DNA from: Heterodontus francisci
Lineage: Eukaryota
Direction of reading: 5' to 3'
Length of the DNA: 64,000 nt
Assembly (NCBI RefSeq): GCF_036365525.1
Contig: NC_090372.1
Coordinates: forward strand, 146,462,365-146,526,364
A program made the position numbers and the translations under genes. The notes below the pieces were generated by a model, which did no database searches, was not told where the DNA came from, and saw nothing but the letters and a program-made list of their open reading frames with translations. Every line of letters starts with the position of its first letter. Position 1 is the first letter of the stretch. Shown in pieces: positions 27,427 through 39,852 of this stretch.

Positions 27427-30400
27427 GGGAAGGCAGTGGCGTAGTGGTATTATTACTGGACTAATAACCCAGAGACCCAGGGTATTGATCTGGAGACATG
27501 GATTCAAATCCCACCACAGCAGAAGGTGGAATTTGAATTTAATTAATAAATCTGGAATTAAAAGCTAGTCTAATGATGGCCATGAAACCACTGTCGATTG
27601 TTGTAAAAACCCATCTGGTTCACTAATGTCCTTCAGGGAAGGAAATCTGTTGTCCTTACCTGGTCTGGCCTACATGTGATTTCAGACCCACAGCAATGTG
27701 GTTAACTCTTACGTGCCCTCTGAAACGGCCTAGCATGCCACTCAGTTGTACCTAACCGCTACAAAGTCAATAAAAAGGAATGAAACCGGGTGGACCTTCC
27801 GGCATCGACCTCGGCACCAGAAATGACAATGGCAAACTCAGCCCTGTCGACCCTGCAAAGTCCTCCTTGCGAACATCTGGGGACTTGTGCCAAAGTTGGG
27901 AGAGCTGTCCCACAGACCAGTCAAGCAACAGCCTGACATAGTCATACTCACGTCATACCTTACGTACAATGTCCCAGACACTGCAATCACTATCCTTGGG
28001 TATGGCCTGTCCCACCGGCAGGACAGACCCAGCAGAGGTGGCGGGACAGTGGTCTACAGTAGGGAGGGAGTTACCCTGGGAGTCCTCAACATCAACTCCG
28101 GACCCCATGAAGTCTCATGGCATCAGGTCAAACATGGGCAAGGTAACATCCTACTGGTTACCACCTACCGCCCTCCCTCAGCTGATGACTCAGTACTCCT
28201 CCATGTTGAACACCACTTGGAGGAAGCACTGAGGGTGGCAAGGGCACAAGATGTACTCTGGGTGGGGGACTTCAATGCCCATCACCAAGAGTGGCTCGGT
28301 AGCACCACTACTGACCGAGCTGGCCAAGTCCAAAAGGACATAGTTGCTAGACTGGGTATGCGGCAGGTGGCGAGGGAACCAACATGAGGGTAAAACATAC
28401 TTGACCTTGTCCACACCAATCTGCCTGCCGCAGATGAGTCTGTCCACGACTGTATTGGTAGGAGTGACCACCGCACAGTCTATGTGGAGACGAAGTCCCG
28501 CCTTCACATTGAGGATACCGTCCATCGTGATTGTGAGGCACTATCACCTTGCTAAATGGGATAGATTTCAAACAAATCTAGCAATGCAAAACTGGGCATC
28601 CATGAGGTGCTGTGGGCCATCAGCAGCAGCAGAATTGTACTCAACCACAATCTGTAACGTCATGGCCCGGCATATCCCCCACTCTACCATTACCATCAAG
28701 CCAGGAGACCAACTCTGGTTCAATGAAGAGTGCAGGAGGGCATGCCAGGAGCAGCACCAGGCATACCTCAAAATGAGGTGTCAGCCTGGTGAAGCTACAA
28801 CCCAGGACTACTTGCCTGCCAAACTGCATAAGCAGCATGCAATAGACTGAGCTAAGCGATCCCATAACTAACGGATCAGATCTAAGCTCTGCAGTCCTGC
28901 CACATCCAGCCGTGAATGGTGGTGGACAGTTAAACAACTAACTGGAGGAGGTGGCTCCACAAATATCCCCATCCTCAATAATGGGGGAGCCCAGCACATC
29001 AGTGCGAAAGATAAGGCAGAAGCATTTGCAACAATCTTCGGCCAGAAGTACTGAGTTGATGACCCATCTCGGCCACCTCCTGAAGTCCCCAGCATTATAG
29101 ATGCCAGACGTCAGCCAGTTCGATTCACTCCGCGTGATATCAAGAAACGACTGAAGGCACTGGATTCTGCAAAGGCTATACTGACAATATTCCGGCAATA
29201 GTACTGAAGACCTGTGCTCCAGAACTTTCTGCGCCCCTAGCCAAGCTGTTCCAGTACAGCTACAACACTGGCATCTACCCGGCAATGTGGAAAATTGCCC
29301 ATGTATGTCCTGGACAGAAAAAGCAGGACAAGTCCAACCCGGCCAATTACTGCCCCATCAATCTACTCTCAATCATCAGCAAAGTGATGGAAGGTGTCAT
29401 CAACAGTGCCATCAAGCAGCACTTGCTTAGCAATAACCTGCTCAGTGACGCTCAGTTTGGGTTCCGCCAGAGCCACTCAGCACCTGACCTCATTACAGTC
29501 TTGGTTCAAACATGGATAAAAGAGCTGAATGCAAGAGGTGAGCAGAGAGTGACTACCCTTGACATCAAGGCAGCATTTGACCGAGTATGGCATCAAGGAG
29601 CCCTAGCAAAACTGGAGTCAATGGGAATCAGGGGGAAAACTCTCCGCTGGTTAGAGTCATGCCTAGTGCAAAGGAAGGTGGCTGTGGTTGTTGGAGGTCA
29701 ATCATCTGAGCTCCAGGACATCACTGCAGGAGTTCCTCAGGGTAGTGTCCGAGGCCCAACCATCTTCAGCTGCTTCATCATGACCTTCCTTCAATTATAA
29801 GGTCAGAAGTGGGGATGTTCGCTGATGATTGCACAATGTTCAGCACCATTGATGACTCCTCAAATACTGAAGCAGTCTGTGTAGAAATGCAGCAAGACCT
29901 GGACAATATCCAGGCTTGGGCTGATAAGTGGCAAGTGACATTTGCGCCACACAAGTGCCAGGCAATGACCATCTCCAACAAGAGAGAATCTAACCATGTC
30001 CCCTTGACATTCAATGGCATTACCATCGCTGAATCCCCCACTATCAACATCCTAGGGGCTACCATTGACGAGAAACTGAACTGGAGTAGCCATATAAATA
30101 CCATGGCTACAAGAGCAGGTCAGAGGCTAGGAATCCTGCGACGTGTAACTCACCTCCTGATTCCCCAAAGCCTGTCCACCATCTACAAGGCACAAGTCAG
30201 GAGTGTGATGGAATAGTCTCCATTTGCCTGGATGGGTGCAGCTCCAACAACAGTCAAGACGCTCGACACCATCCAGGACAAAGCAGCCCGCTTGATTGGC
30301 ACCCCATCCACAAACATTCACTGCCTCCACCAGCGGCGCACAGTGGCAGCAGTGTGTACCATCTACAAGATGCACTGCAGCAATGCACCAAGGCTCCTTA

Positions 30401-30716
30401 GACAGCACCTTCCAAACCCGCGACCTCTACCACCTCGAAGGACAAGAGCAGCAGATGCATGGGAACACCACCACCTGCAAGTTCCCCTCCAAGCCACACA
30501 CTATCCTGACCTGGAACTATATCGCCGTTCCTTCACTGTCGCTGGGTCAAAATCCTGGAACTCCCTTCCTAACAGCACTGTGGGTGTACCTACCTCACAT
30601 GGACTGCAGTGGTTCAAGAAGACAGCTCACCACCACCTTCTCAATGGCAATTAGGGATGGGCAATAAATGCTGGCATAGCCAGTGATACCCACAACCCAT
30701 GAATGAATTAAAAAAA
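27427..30716 (+). mobile_element. Full-length tRNA-headed, single-ORF (APE-RT) LINE of the CR1/Jockey group (not canonical CR1), copy 1, decayed
   Basis: A box TGGCGTAGTGG (27437-27447) and B box GATTCAAATCC (27501-27511). APE motifs NIWGL, DIVILT, YRPP, GDFNAH, SDH. RT motifs LDIKAAFDRVWH, GVPQGS, FADD. Stop at 30654, 3' hairpin and A tail. Confidence 0.92.
27437..27511 (+). promoter_or_regulatory. Internal RNA polymerase III type-2 promoter (A and B boxes) at the LINE 5' end
   Basis: Perfect match to TRGCNNARYGG and near match to GGTTCRAATCC; homologous boxes occur in copy 2 and in the SINE. Confidence 0.75.
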
Positions 30717-31321
30717 TGGCAAAAATCATTTCTAGAGCAGTATAAAACACAGGATTTTTTTGAATTTTGGAACTGGTGAGGAAAGGGTCTGCAATATTGC
30801 TGTCTTTATGCACCACATATGCAGTGTAATAATCCTACCCATTTAAATTGGGTATTTGTGGTTAACTGAGATCTCACATTTCAGAAACCAAAACAGAAAC
30901 AGAGTTAATTTGCTTTTGTTGGCAGACACTTCTCAGTTATGAAGAATAATTTGAGTGACAATGGAGCAGAAAGAGCAGGAATGTCAGTTGGCATTATATG
31001 CAGCCACCTATATGCTGCCCACCATTTCTATAGGTCTGTTCAGAACTGCCTGACAAACACTGACAGTCGTACATTATGGATCATCAGGAAGGCAATTACT
31101 GACTATGCCATCTGCTTCATGTGCTTCTACCATTGGCATGCCATGGTCAGTGCTTAACTGCATAGACAGTAATAGATATCTGTCCAACTACAACCCACAC
31201 GGGCTGATAGTAAATAAATTTGCAACATGCAGCTCGGTGGTGTTGCAAGGATTTGTTGTGTGAAGGTCCTTTAACTTTCATTTCCAAGTGCCAATTTCTG
31301 TTGTGCTCTGCTGCAGGATGG

Positions 31322-32367
31322 TCATAGAATCATAAAATGATACAGCACAAAAGGGGGCCCTTTGGCCTTTCCTCCCTCTGCCGGCTCTTTGGCAGAGCTA
31401 TTCTCCTACTTCCACTCTCCCACTCTTTCCCCACAGCCATATAATTTTTTTCACTTCAAGCATTTATCCAATTTCCTTTGGAAAGTTACTATTGAATCTG
31501 TATCCACCGCCTTTTCAGGCAGAACATTCCAGATCACAACAACTCGCAGTTTCTCCTTATTTACTCTATCAAATCTTCTCTTAATCTTGTCTGCTCTAAG
31601 GAGAACAACCACAGCTTCTGCAGTTTGGCCACATAACTGAAGTCTGTCATCCCTGTTACCATTCAAGTAAATCTCTTTTGTACCCTCTCCAAAACCTCGC
31701 CATCCTTTCTAAAGTGTGGTGCCCAGAATTGTACACTGTGCTCGAGCTGAGGCCGAACTAGTGATTTGTAAAGCTTTAGCATGATCTTTTTGTTTTTGTA
31801 TTCAATGCCCCTATTTACAAAGCCAAGTATCCCATACACTTTCTTAACCACCACCTCAACTTGCCTGGCACCTTCAAAGATTTATGAATATCCCCACCAG
31901 GCCCCTCTGCTCTTGGAACCTACTCAAAATAGTACCATTTAGATTATACTGCTTCTCCACGTTGTTTTTCCCGAAGTACACAACTGTGCCAGTTTCTGAC
32001 TTATCTGCATTAAATTGCATCTGCCACGTGTCTGCCCATTTCATCAGTTTATCTGTGTCCTCCTGAAATATGCTACCATTCTGTTCACTATTTACTATAT
32101 TGTCAAGTTTTGTATCATCTGCAAACTTCAAAACTGTACTCCCTATACCCAAGTCCAGGCCGTTTATATATAACAAGAAAAGCAATACTGACTGTGGGGG
32201 ACCCCAATGTATACTTCTGTCCAGTCAGATAAACATTTGTTCACCACTACTCTTTGCCTCCTATTCCATAACCAATTCTGTGCCAAGTTACTACCATCCC
32301 TTTAATACCACGTGCTTCTATTTCCTGTGTTATGTGGTACTTCATCAAATGTCTTTTGGAAGTCCAT
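31322..32367 (-). mobile_element. Decayed CR1 3' portion
   Basis: ORFs 31451-32185 (FADDTKL, RPQLEHSVQFW). Confidence 0.85.
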
Positions 32368-33055
32368 GGCTGTAAAATTAGGCTCCATAATACCCATAGC
32401 TTCAGCACAATAGGTGGCATTGGCTCTAAAATGCTGTCCACACCATGCAGTCACACTTCCCGAGCAGCCTGAGCTAGACGCCATCTTGGTGAGGGCATTA
32501 GCACTGCTGTTAGGAGCATGCATCGGAAGTGTGCAGACTAGGCAGATCGTGATGTCAGTCAGTGTGTGGCCCTGATTTAACGCCAGTGCTGCCATTTTCA
32601 ACATCACTGCTCCAGCACAGCTGATCATTCATTCAGCAGCAGGAAGGATGTCTCTACCCACCTCCACCAGCCCTATTTAAAGGGCTTCTCAACCACTGTC
32701 GGGTTAGTTGCTGATTAATTTTTACTGCCTTTGTTTAAGTTTGTAGAGTGCCTGGTGGTTTGCAGCATTGTTTAAAGCTGATGAAGTCAACAGGAAGTGA
32801 TGTTGCATATGGTGAAGGTCTTTGTTCTGACTTCAAGGGTACCAGCCAGACCACTTGCTCCCAGTCATGAGTGCTGTAGTTCCCCACTGGGCTGCAGCAT
32901 AGGAAAGAGAGAGAGAGAGAGATGGAGCAGAGGCAGCAAAGAAGAGGGCAAGGTGTTCGCAGAGGGAGGAGGACAAGGAGAGGGAGGAAGGTTCTCAGCA
33001 GATGGCCTTGTCTACCTTGGGTCTTTCAGGAGCATTTCTCTTTCCTCCACCTAGG
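32368..33055 (+). mobile_element. Harbinger transposon left end (truncated)
   Basis: Colinear with 33928-34270 plus 35342-35640, which run into the transposase. Confidence 0.65.
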
Positions 33056-33077
33056 CCAGGAATGGTGTGTGTAATGT

Positions 33078-33927
33078 CATGCCTATTATGTGGTATTTTC
33101 TCGAGCATCTTTTGAAAGTCCATATACATAGCAACAACCATACTACTTTTCTCAATCCTCTTCATTACTTCATCAAACAACTCAGTCAAGTTAGTCAAAC
33201 ACCGTTTTCCTTTAACAGATCTGTGCTGACTTTCATTTGTTAGCCCATACATTTCCAAATGTCAATTAACTTTGTGATGGTTTATCATAGTCTTTAAATA
33301 TTTCCACACCACCAACATTAACCTGACTGGCCTGTAGGTGCTGGGATTATCCCTCTCCCTTTTTTAAACAGCAGTGTAACATTTGCAATCTCCCTGTCCT
33401 CTAGCACCACTCCCATATCCAAGGAGCAGTGGAAGATGGTGGCCGGAGCCTCTGCAAATTCAATCCTTACTTCCTTCAGTAACATAGGATGTATCCCAAC
33501 CAGACTGGGTGATTTTTCTAGTTTGAAGACTGCCAACCTTTTAAGTCCTGCCTCGTTACCTATTTTTATCCAATATTGATACTGCCTCCTCCTTTACTGT
33601 GACATTGACAGCGTCCTCTTTTCTAGTGAAGATAGGTGAAAAGTACTCATTTAGTACCTCAGTCATGCTCTCTGCCTGCAGAAGATCTTTTTAGTCCCTA
33701 TTTGGCCCCACCCTTCCTTTGTGTACCTTTTTACTATTTATATGTTTGTAAAAGATGTTTGAGTTTCCTTTTATGTTATCAACTAATCTATTCTCATATT
33801 CTCTCTTGCCCCACTTATTCCCTTCTTTAGATCTCCTTTGTACTTTCTATATTCAGCTTGGTTCTCTACTGTATTATGGATCTTACATTTGTCATTAGCC
33901 TTCTTTTTCTGTCTCATTTTTATCTCT
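33078..33927 (-). mobile_element. Decayed CR1 RT fragment
   Basis: MYMDFQKMLEKIPH and KSPSLVGIHPMLLKE. Confidence 0.8.
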
Positions 33928-34277
33928 ATGGCTACAAAATTTGGTTCCATAGTGCCCGTATTTTCTGTGTGGCTCATGCCAGCCGCTATTTTGCTGAGGG
34001 CGTTAGCATGGACGTTAAGGAGCGTGTGCTGGAAGTATGCAGAGTAGGCAGATCGTGACATCAGTCAGCACATAACGCTGATAGATGCCAGCGGTGCCAT
34101 TTTCTACATCAATGCTCCAGCTAATGACCTCTCTTAACTTCACACAACTGAAAATGCATTCAGCAGCAGGAAGGATCCCCACCAGCGTTATTTAAAGGGA
34201 TCATCAAATACATTGAGTTTAGTTGCTTTTATCTGAGTTCAGTTGCTGATTGGTTTCTGCTGGTTCTGTTTGATTTT

Positions 34278-35342
34278 ATAGAGTCATACAGCATAGAAAC
34301 AGGCCCTTCGGCCCACCGCATCCATGCCGACCATAATGCCTATCTATACTAATCCCACCGGCCTGCATTAATTCCACATCCCTCTACGCCTTTCTCATTC
34401 AAGTACCTGTCCAGATGCCTCTTAAATGTTGTTACTGTTCCTGCTTCCACCACCTCCTCTGGCAGCTCATTCCAGATACCCACTATTCTTTGTGTGAAAA
34501 ATGTACCCCTTTGATCCCCTTTAAACCTCCTCCTTCTCACCTTAAATCTATGCCCTCTAGTTTTAGTCACCCCTACCATGGGAAACAGACTCTGGCTATC
34601 TACCCTATCTGTGCCTCTCATAACTTTATATACCTCTATCATGTCCCCTCTCAGCCTCCTTCGCTCCAGGGAAAACAGACCCAGCCTATCCAATCTCTCT
34701 TTATAACTCAAGCCCTCCAAATCAGGCAACACCCTTGTGAATTTTTTCTGCACCCTCTCTAGCTTAATCACATCTTTTCTGTAGTGCGGCGACCAGAGCT
34801 GCACACAGTACTCCAAATGCGGCCTAACCAACGTTATGTACAACTGTAACATGACGTCCCAACTCTTGTACTCAGTGCCTCGGCCGATGAAGGCAAGCAT
34901 GCCATTTGCCTTCTTCACCACCCTGTCTACCTGTGTTGCCACTTTCAGGGAACTATGTACTTGCATCCCAAGGTCTCTCTGCTCAACAACACTCCCCAGG
35001 GCCCTGCCATTCACTGCATATGTCCTGCCCTGGTTTAACTTCCCAAAATGCATCACTTTGCACTTGTCTGCATTAAATTCCATTTGCCACTCCCTTGTCC
35101 ACTTTCCCAGTTGATCCATAACCTTAGACAACCTTCTTCACTGTCCACTATACCACCAATTTTGGTGCCATCTGCAAACTTATTAATCATGCCCCCTACA
35201 TTCACATCCAAGTCATTAATATATATGACAAACAACAGAGGGCCCAGCACTGATCCCTGCGGCACACCACTGGTCACCGGCCTCCAATCTGAAAAACAAC
35301 CCTCCACTGCCACCCTCTGCCTCCTATCACCAAGCCAATTTT
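34278..35342 (-). mobile_element. Fairly young 5'-truncated CR1 (HER1-like tail)
   Basis: 260-aa ORF 34349-35131; its 3' tail matches the V-SINE tails. Confidence 0.92.
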
Positions 35343-35559
35343 GTAGAAGTGCTGTGAGTTTTGTTCGACTGTTTAAAATTGGTAAAGTCTACAGGGATGG
35401 TATTGCATGTGGTGAAGGCCTATGTTCGGACTTCAAGAGCTCTGCTCAGACCACTTGCTTCCAGTCATAGGTGCTGTAGGTACCATCCTCCTTGACCTGC
35501 AACTTGACAGTGAGATTGATCAAAGGCAATGCAGAGGAGCCAAGCTACTTGCAGATGGA

Positions 35560-36460
35560 GGAAGAGGAGCAGGACTGTCAGCAGGAGACCTTATGCATCC
35601 AATCCAGGGTCTTCAGCGAGCCATTTTCTTACCTCAACCTCACAGAGGAACAGTGTGTTCGCATCTGCATTTTACAAAAGAGGTGCTCACTGAAATCTGC
35701 CACCTCTTTCAGGCAGACCTGCAACCTCACAGCAGGGCAAGGATGGCACTACCAGTAGCTGTGAAGCTGACTGTGGCGATGAATGTCTTTGTGTCGGGAT
35801 TCTTCCAGGCTGGAGCAGGGGACATCGCCAACATCTTCCAGTTTGCCGTTCATTGTTTTATAAGGGAGGTGACTGACACTCTTTATATCAGGAAAAGAGA
35901 ATGCATTGTGTTCTCTCTGACCAAAGAGAAACATGCACAGCATGCATGTGCCTTTGCCAGAATGGCAGGATTCCCCATGGGGCAGGGTGCCCCATGGTAC
36001 AGGGTATCATCGACTGTACACTTGTGGCTTTGAGGGTGCCATATCTAAATGCAAAGGGTTCCACTTCCTGAATGTGCATTCGGTGTGCGATCATGCTCAG
36101 CACATCATGCAAGCGAATTCCTGATACCCGGGCAGCAGTCATGAAGTCTTTATTCTGTGCCTGTTTGCCCATCAGTATTTGAGCCACCACTTCAAACCAG
36201 AGCCTGGCTACTGGGTGACAAGGGCTATCCGCTGGCCATCTGGCTCATGACTCCAGTGAGCAACCCACACATACATGGGTAACATGCATATAATGAGAGC
36301 CATGCTGCCATATCGAATGTCATCGAGCACACCATTGGGGTTCTTAATCTATGCTTGACTACCTGGACTTCTCTGGAGGAGCCTTGTACTTTGCCAAATT
36401 GTGTGTCACCATTCGTCATGGTGTGCTGCATCCTGCACAACCTCACCATCATGAGGGCAC
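35560..36460 (+). pseudogene. Harbinger (HARBI1-like) DDE transposase pseudogene
   Basis: ALPVAVKLTVAMN.F.SG.FQ, AGFP, KGFHFLNV...CD, WLLGDKGYPL..WLMTP, YNESHA, IEHTIG, CCILHNL; contains stops and frameshifts. Confidence 0.85.
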
Positions 36461-36470
36461 AGTCCTTATT

Positions 36471-36775
36471 TTTTTTTTATTTAGAGATATAGCACTGAAA
36501 CAGGCCCTTCGGCGCACCGAGTCTGTGCCGACCAAGAACCACCCATTTATACTAACCCTACAGTAATCCCATATTCCCGACCACCTACCTACACTCGGGG
36601 CAATTTACAATGGCCAATTTACCTATCACCTGCAAGTCTTTGGCGGTGGGTGGAAACCGGAGCACCCGGCGAAAACCCACGTGGTCACAGGTCACTTGCA
36701 AACTCCGCACAGGCAGTACCCAGAATTGAACCCGGGTCCCTGGAGCTGTGAGGCTGCAGTGCTAACCACTGCGCC
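36471..36775 (-). mobile_element. V-SINE (HE1-like)
   Basis: GGCGCAGTGGTTAGCAC head, GGGTGCTCCGGTTTCC core, CR1-like tail; CCTTATT duplicated at both ends. Confidence 0.9.
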
Positions 36776-37494
36776 TTATTACCAGGTATATGGCAAGCAG
36801 CTGAAGAGGAGGAGAGGGAGGAGGAAGAAGGGAGGAGGCAAGCAATGTCGCCCCTTTGTGGCCAAGCTGACCAAGATAGCTTCATTTGACTATGGTTCCT
36901 CTGAGCACAGCCCAAAATCCCCATTCGACAACAGCCACACACCTTACTTTCCCTCTGTTACTGACCATCACATCCTCCTGGCCACAGGGTTGAAATAAAA
37001 GCCACCACAAAACAACCATTCCAAACTAAGTTGATTAAACGATCCAAGTTTCCATAAAAAAGTCAGGTATTCACCCTTATACATTCTCTTAGTGCCTGTC
37101 TTCCATGTGCCTTTGCCTGTCCTAATGCTCCTACACAGTGCTACCCCAGTGGCTGCAGCAGGAAGGCTGCTGAAATTCAGTGGGGGAAACTGCAGATGGC
37201 CTTGCAGAATGCCCTTCAATAGTTCTGGGTCTTGATGGATTGGCTTCAGACTGCACCACCTCTGCATGGGTAGCAGCTATCTGCGCTGGCAACAGCAGGT
37301 GCACTTGGAGAGTGGAAGTGGTGGGAGTAGGAATGCCATCATCCTGAGAGAGGACAGCAGGTTCATGCTCCATGGAGCCACTGCCACTCATCTGGGGAGG
37401 TGCCTCAGCAATTCTGGTAATCTGCTGGAGCATCAATTGTTGGACTGCTGTGATTCTCTGCAAGCTTCGTTGAGCACTGGAATCCAGAGCCATG

Positions 37495-38120
37495 GGGGGG
37501 ATTTTTATCCTGGCAGTGGGAGTCTCGATATTGGGAGAAACTGATACCGAGATCCCTCCGTCACCTCTTTCTTGGAAGGTTCACCAGATTTAGTGCCAAC
37601 CAAGCACATGTGGACAGCGGTGGGTCTTCCATACGATCGAGGATCCCATTGCCAGAAGTCTCGCCCTTGGAGTGCTGCCGGCCAATCAGAAGGAGATGGC
37701 TGCTGCTGGGGGTGACCAACCGGGAGGCCGAGGAGCGTCACTGGAGCCAGGCCTCAGGTAGATCAAGGTGGGAGGGGTCTCGTGGGGTGGAGCTCACAGG
37801 GAAGGGGAGGGGAGGGAGGGGGGTCAGCAGTAAGGGCAGGGAGGGTGGCCCTCAGCGGCCCTTCTTCGCGATGCCGGGTCCTTTGTTCCGGCACTAAATG
37901 CCTTTGAACGAGGGAACCTCCCCTGTCCCCAGAGCCGGGAAGCAGCCTGTACAGTTTTCCGTGGTGTGCTTCCTGTGTGCCAACACGGCTGCACGGCTAA
38001 TTGCGGTTGTGGTGGGAAGAGGCCCTCAATTGGGGGTTAATCACCCAGTTAAGGGCCTCAATTAGTAGCGGGGTGGAAAGGCCGTTCCTGGGCCTTCCCA
38101 CCCTGGACTAAAAATTTTGG
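37495..38120. mobile_element. Harbinger-type MITE
   Basis: Reverse-complement similarity to 15927-16582. Confidence 0.55.
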
Positions 38121-38169
38121 CAGAACCCTACTGACAATCTGCCAGTGTGATGCTAGGTATATAGACCAT

Positions 38170-39208
38170 TCAGTACCAAGGCCATTCCAACCTCTATCAT
38201 CAAGCTGCAGTATGCTGACGATGCTTGTGTCTGCGCACACTCAGAGGCTGAACTTCAAACCCTCGTTGAGGCATTTACGGATGCGTATAAAAGAGTGGTC
38301 CTGAAGCTAAACATCCGGAAGACAAAGGTCCTCTACCAGCCTGCTTCCACAGCGCAACACTGCCCCCCGACTAGCAAGATCCACCGCCAACCACTGGACA
38401 ATGTTGATCACTTCCCATACCTTGGGAGCCTCCTCTCAGCATGGGCAGACATAAACAATGAAACTCAATGTTGCCTCCAGTGTGCCAGTGCAGCCTTCGG
38501 TCCTCTGAGGAAAAGAGTGTTTGATGACAAAGACGTCAAACCTGGCACCAAACTCCTGGTCTACAGGTCACAGTGTTACCTGCCCTCCTGTATGTGTCAG
38601 GAACACGTACAGCAGACATCTCAAAGCCCTGGAGATATCATCAGCGGTGCCTCTGCAAGATCCTGTAAATTCAGCGGCAGGACAAGGGCTTCAATATCAG
38701 TGTCCTCTCTCAGGCCAACATCCCCAGTATCGAGACACTGGTCATGGCTAGTCAGCTACAGTGGGTGGGCCACATGGTCCACATGCCTGACAAAGACTGC
38801 CAAACAAACTTTCTGCTCCGAGATCCATTATGGCAAGAGGCTATCAGGAGGGCAGAGGAAACGCTACAAGGATGTCCTTAAAGCCTTCCTGAAAAATGTG
38901 GCATCTCCACCAATTTGTGGGAATCTCTTGCTCGAGATCACACAAAATGGAGAAGAAGCATCCGTGATGTTGCCAGCCAGTTCGAACAACATTGACATGC
39001 CCAGGCAGCAACCAAGTGCAAACAGCAGAAGATAGCATTCGGAATTTCGAGCATCCCATTCACTCGCCTCACCAAACACCACCTACCCCACCTGTGGCAG
39101 AGTATGTGGATCCAAAATTGGACTATTCAGTCACAGAAGGAACCACAACCCTGGAGTGGAAGAAAGTCATCCTCATTCCCGACGAACTGCCTAAGAAGAA
39201 GAAGACGA
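38170..39208 (+). mobile_element. RTE-clade LINE, 5'-truncated
   Basis: LQYADDAC, LKLNIRKTKVLYQP, FPYLGS, GGQRKRYKD; (AAG)n tail at ~39195. Confidence 0.88.
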
Positions 39209-39845
39209 CATCGCAAAGACTGGCGGATAGTATCAAATATCGTGTCCCTTCTGCTGTTCACAACAGGCAAGGTACAGGCCGTACCCAACCAGCCCATGTT
39301 TGCAAAACTCAAAACACAGTGTCCAATATTAGGTGTGATTCTGCGATTGGACAACATTTGCTAAACAATCCTCAGTATGCTAAGAATTACACTGACTACC
39401 AATTTAAGATTGTCAGCAGGGCTCGCAGTGTGGGGTATTTGCATGTACTGGAGGCTACATATATTAATACACAGGGCCATGTTCTTTGCAGACAGAAAGA
39501 ACATGTACAAACATTGTGCCTGTTCCAGCTGAACAAAATAAGTGACAGCCATTGCTGGTTTATTCTTCAGGGCAATGCCTTGACCAATCAGGGTCAAGCT
39601 GCCTGGTTTAAATTTCAAACAAAGCTTGGCAGTTAACTGTCAATCACTGTAAACAGGTGCATTCTCCATGGCAATGCCTCTACCAATCAGAGTTCACTTT
39701 CCAACCAATCAGCACTCTCTTCTCCTACAGTATAAAGTCTTTGTTTTCCCTTACATTGGTATTCTTTCAGATTGTCCTGATGAGTGCAAGACAAAAAGCT
39801 TTGACATTATGTCTCTATTTTCAGCAATACTCAAGTTCTGTACTA
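39209..39845 (+). mobile_element. Penelope-like element 3' part (GIY-YIG C-terminus and terminal repeat)
   Basis: SQRLADSIK...SAIGQHLLNN...FKIVSRARS...LEATYI...LCRQKE, followed by a CTGATGA hammerhead-like motif at 39777. Confidence 0.8.
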
Positions 39846-39852
39846 CCAAATG

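Larger units (their letters stand above)
33928..37494 (+). mobile_element. Decayed autonomous-type PIF/Harbinger transposon, interrupted by a CR1 and a V-SINE
   Basis: Left end GGCTACAAAATTT, HARBI1-like transposase, and a convergent ORF remnant on the minus strand at 37131-37493. Confidence 0.75.

Noticed and set aside
27427-27520. tRNA genes at the tRNA-like heads (also 3128, 47088 and the V-SINEs)
   Set aside because: No complete cloverleaf or downstream terminator; they continue into retroposon bodies.
38992-39636. 214-aa ORF as a novel fusion protein
   Set aside because: Chance read-through from an RTE tail into an abutting Penelope fragment.
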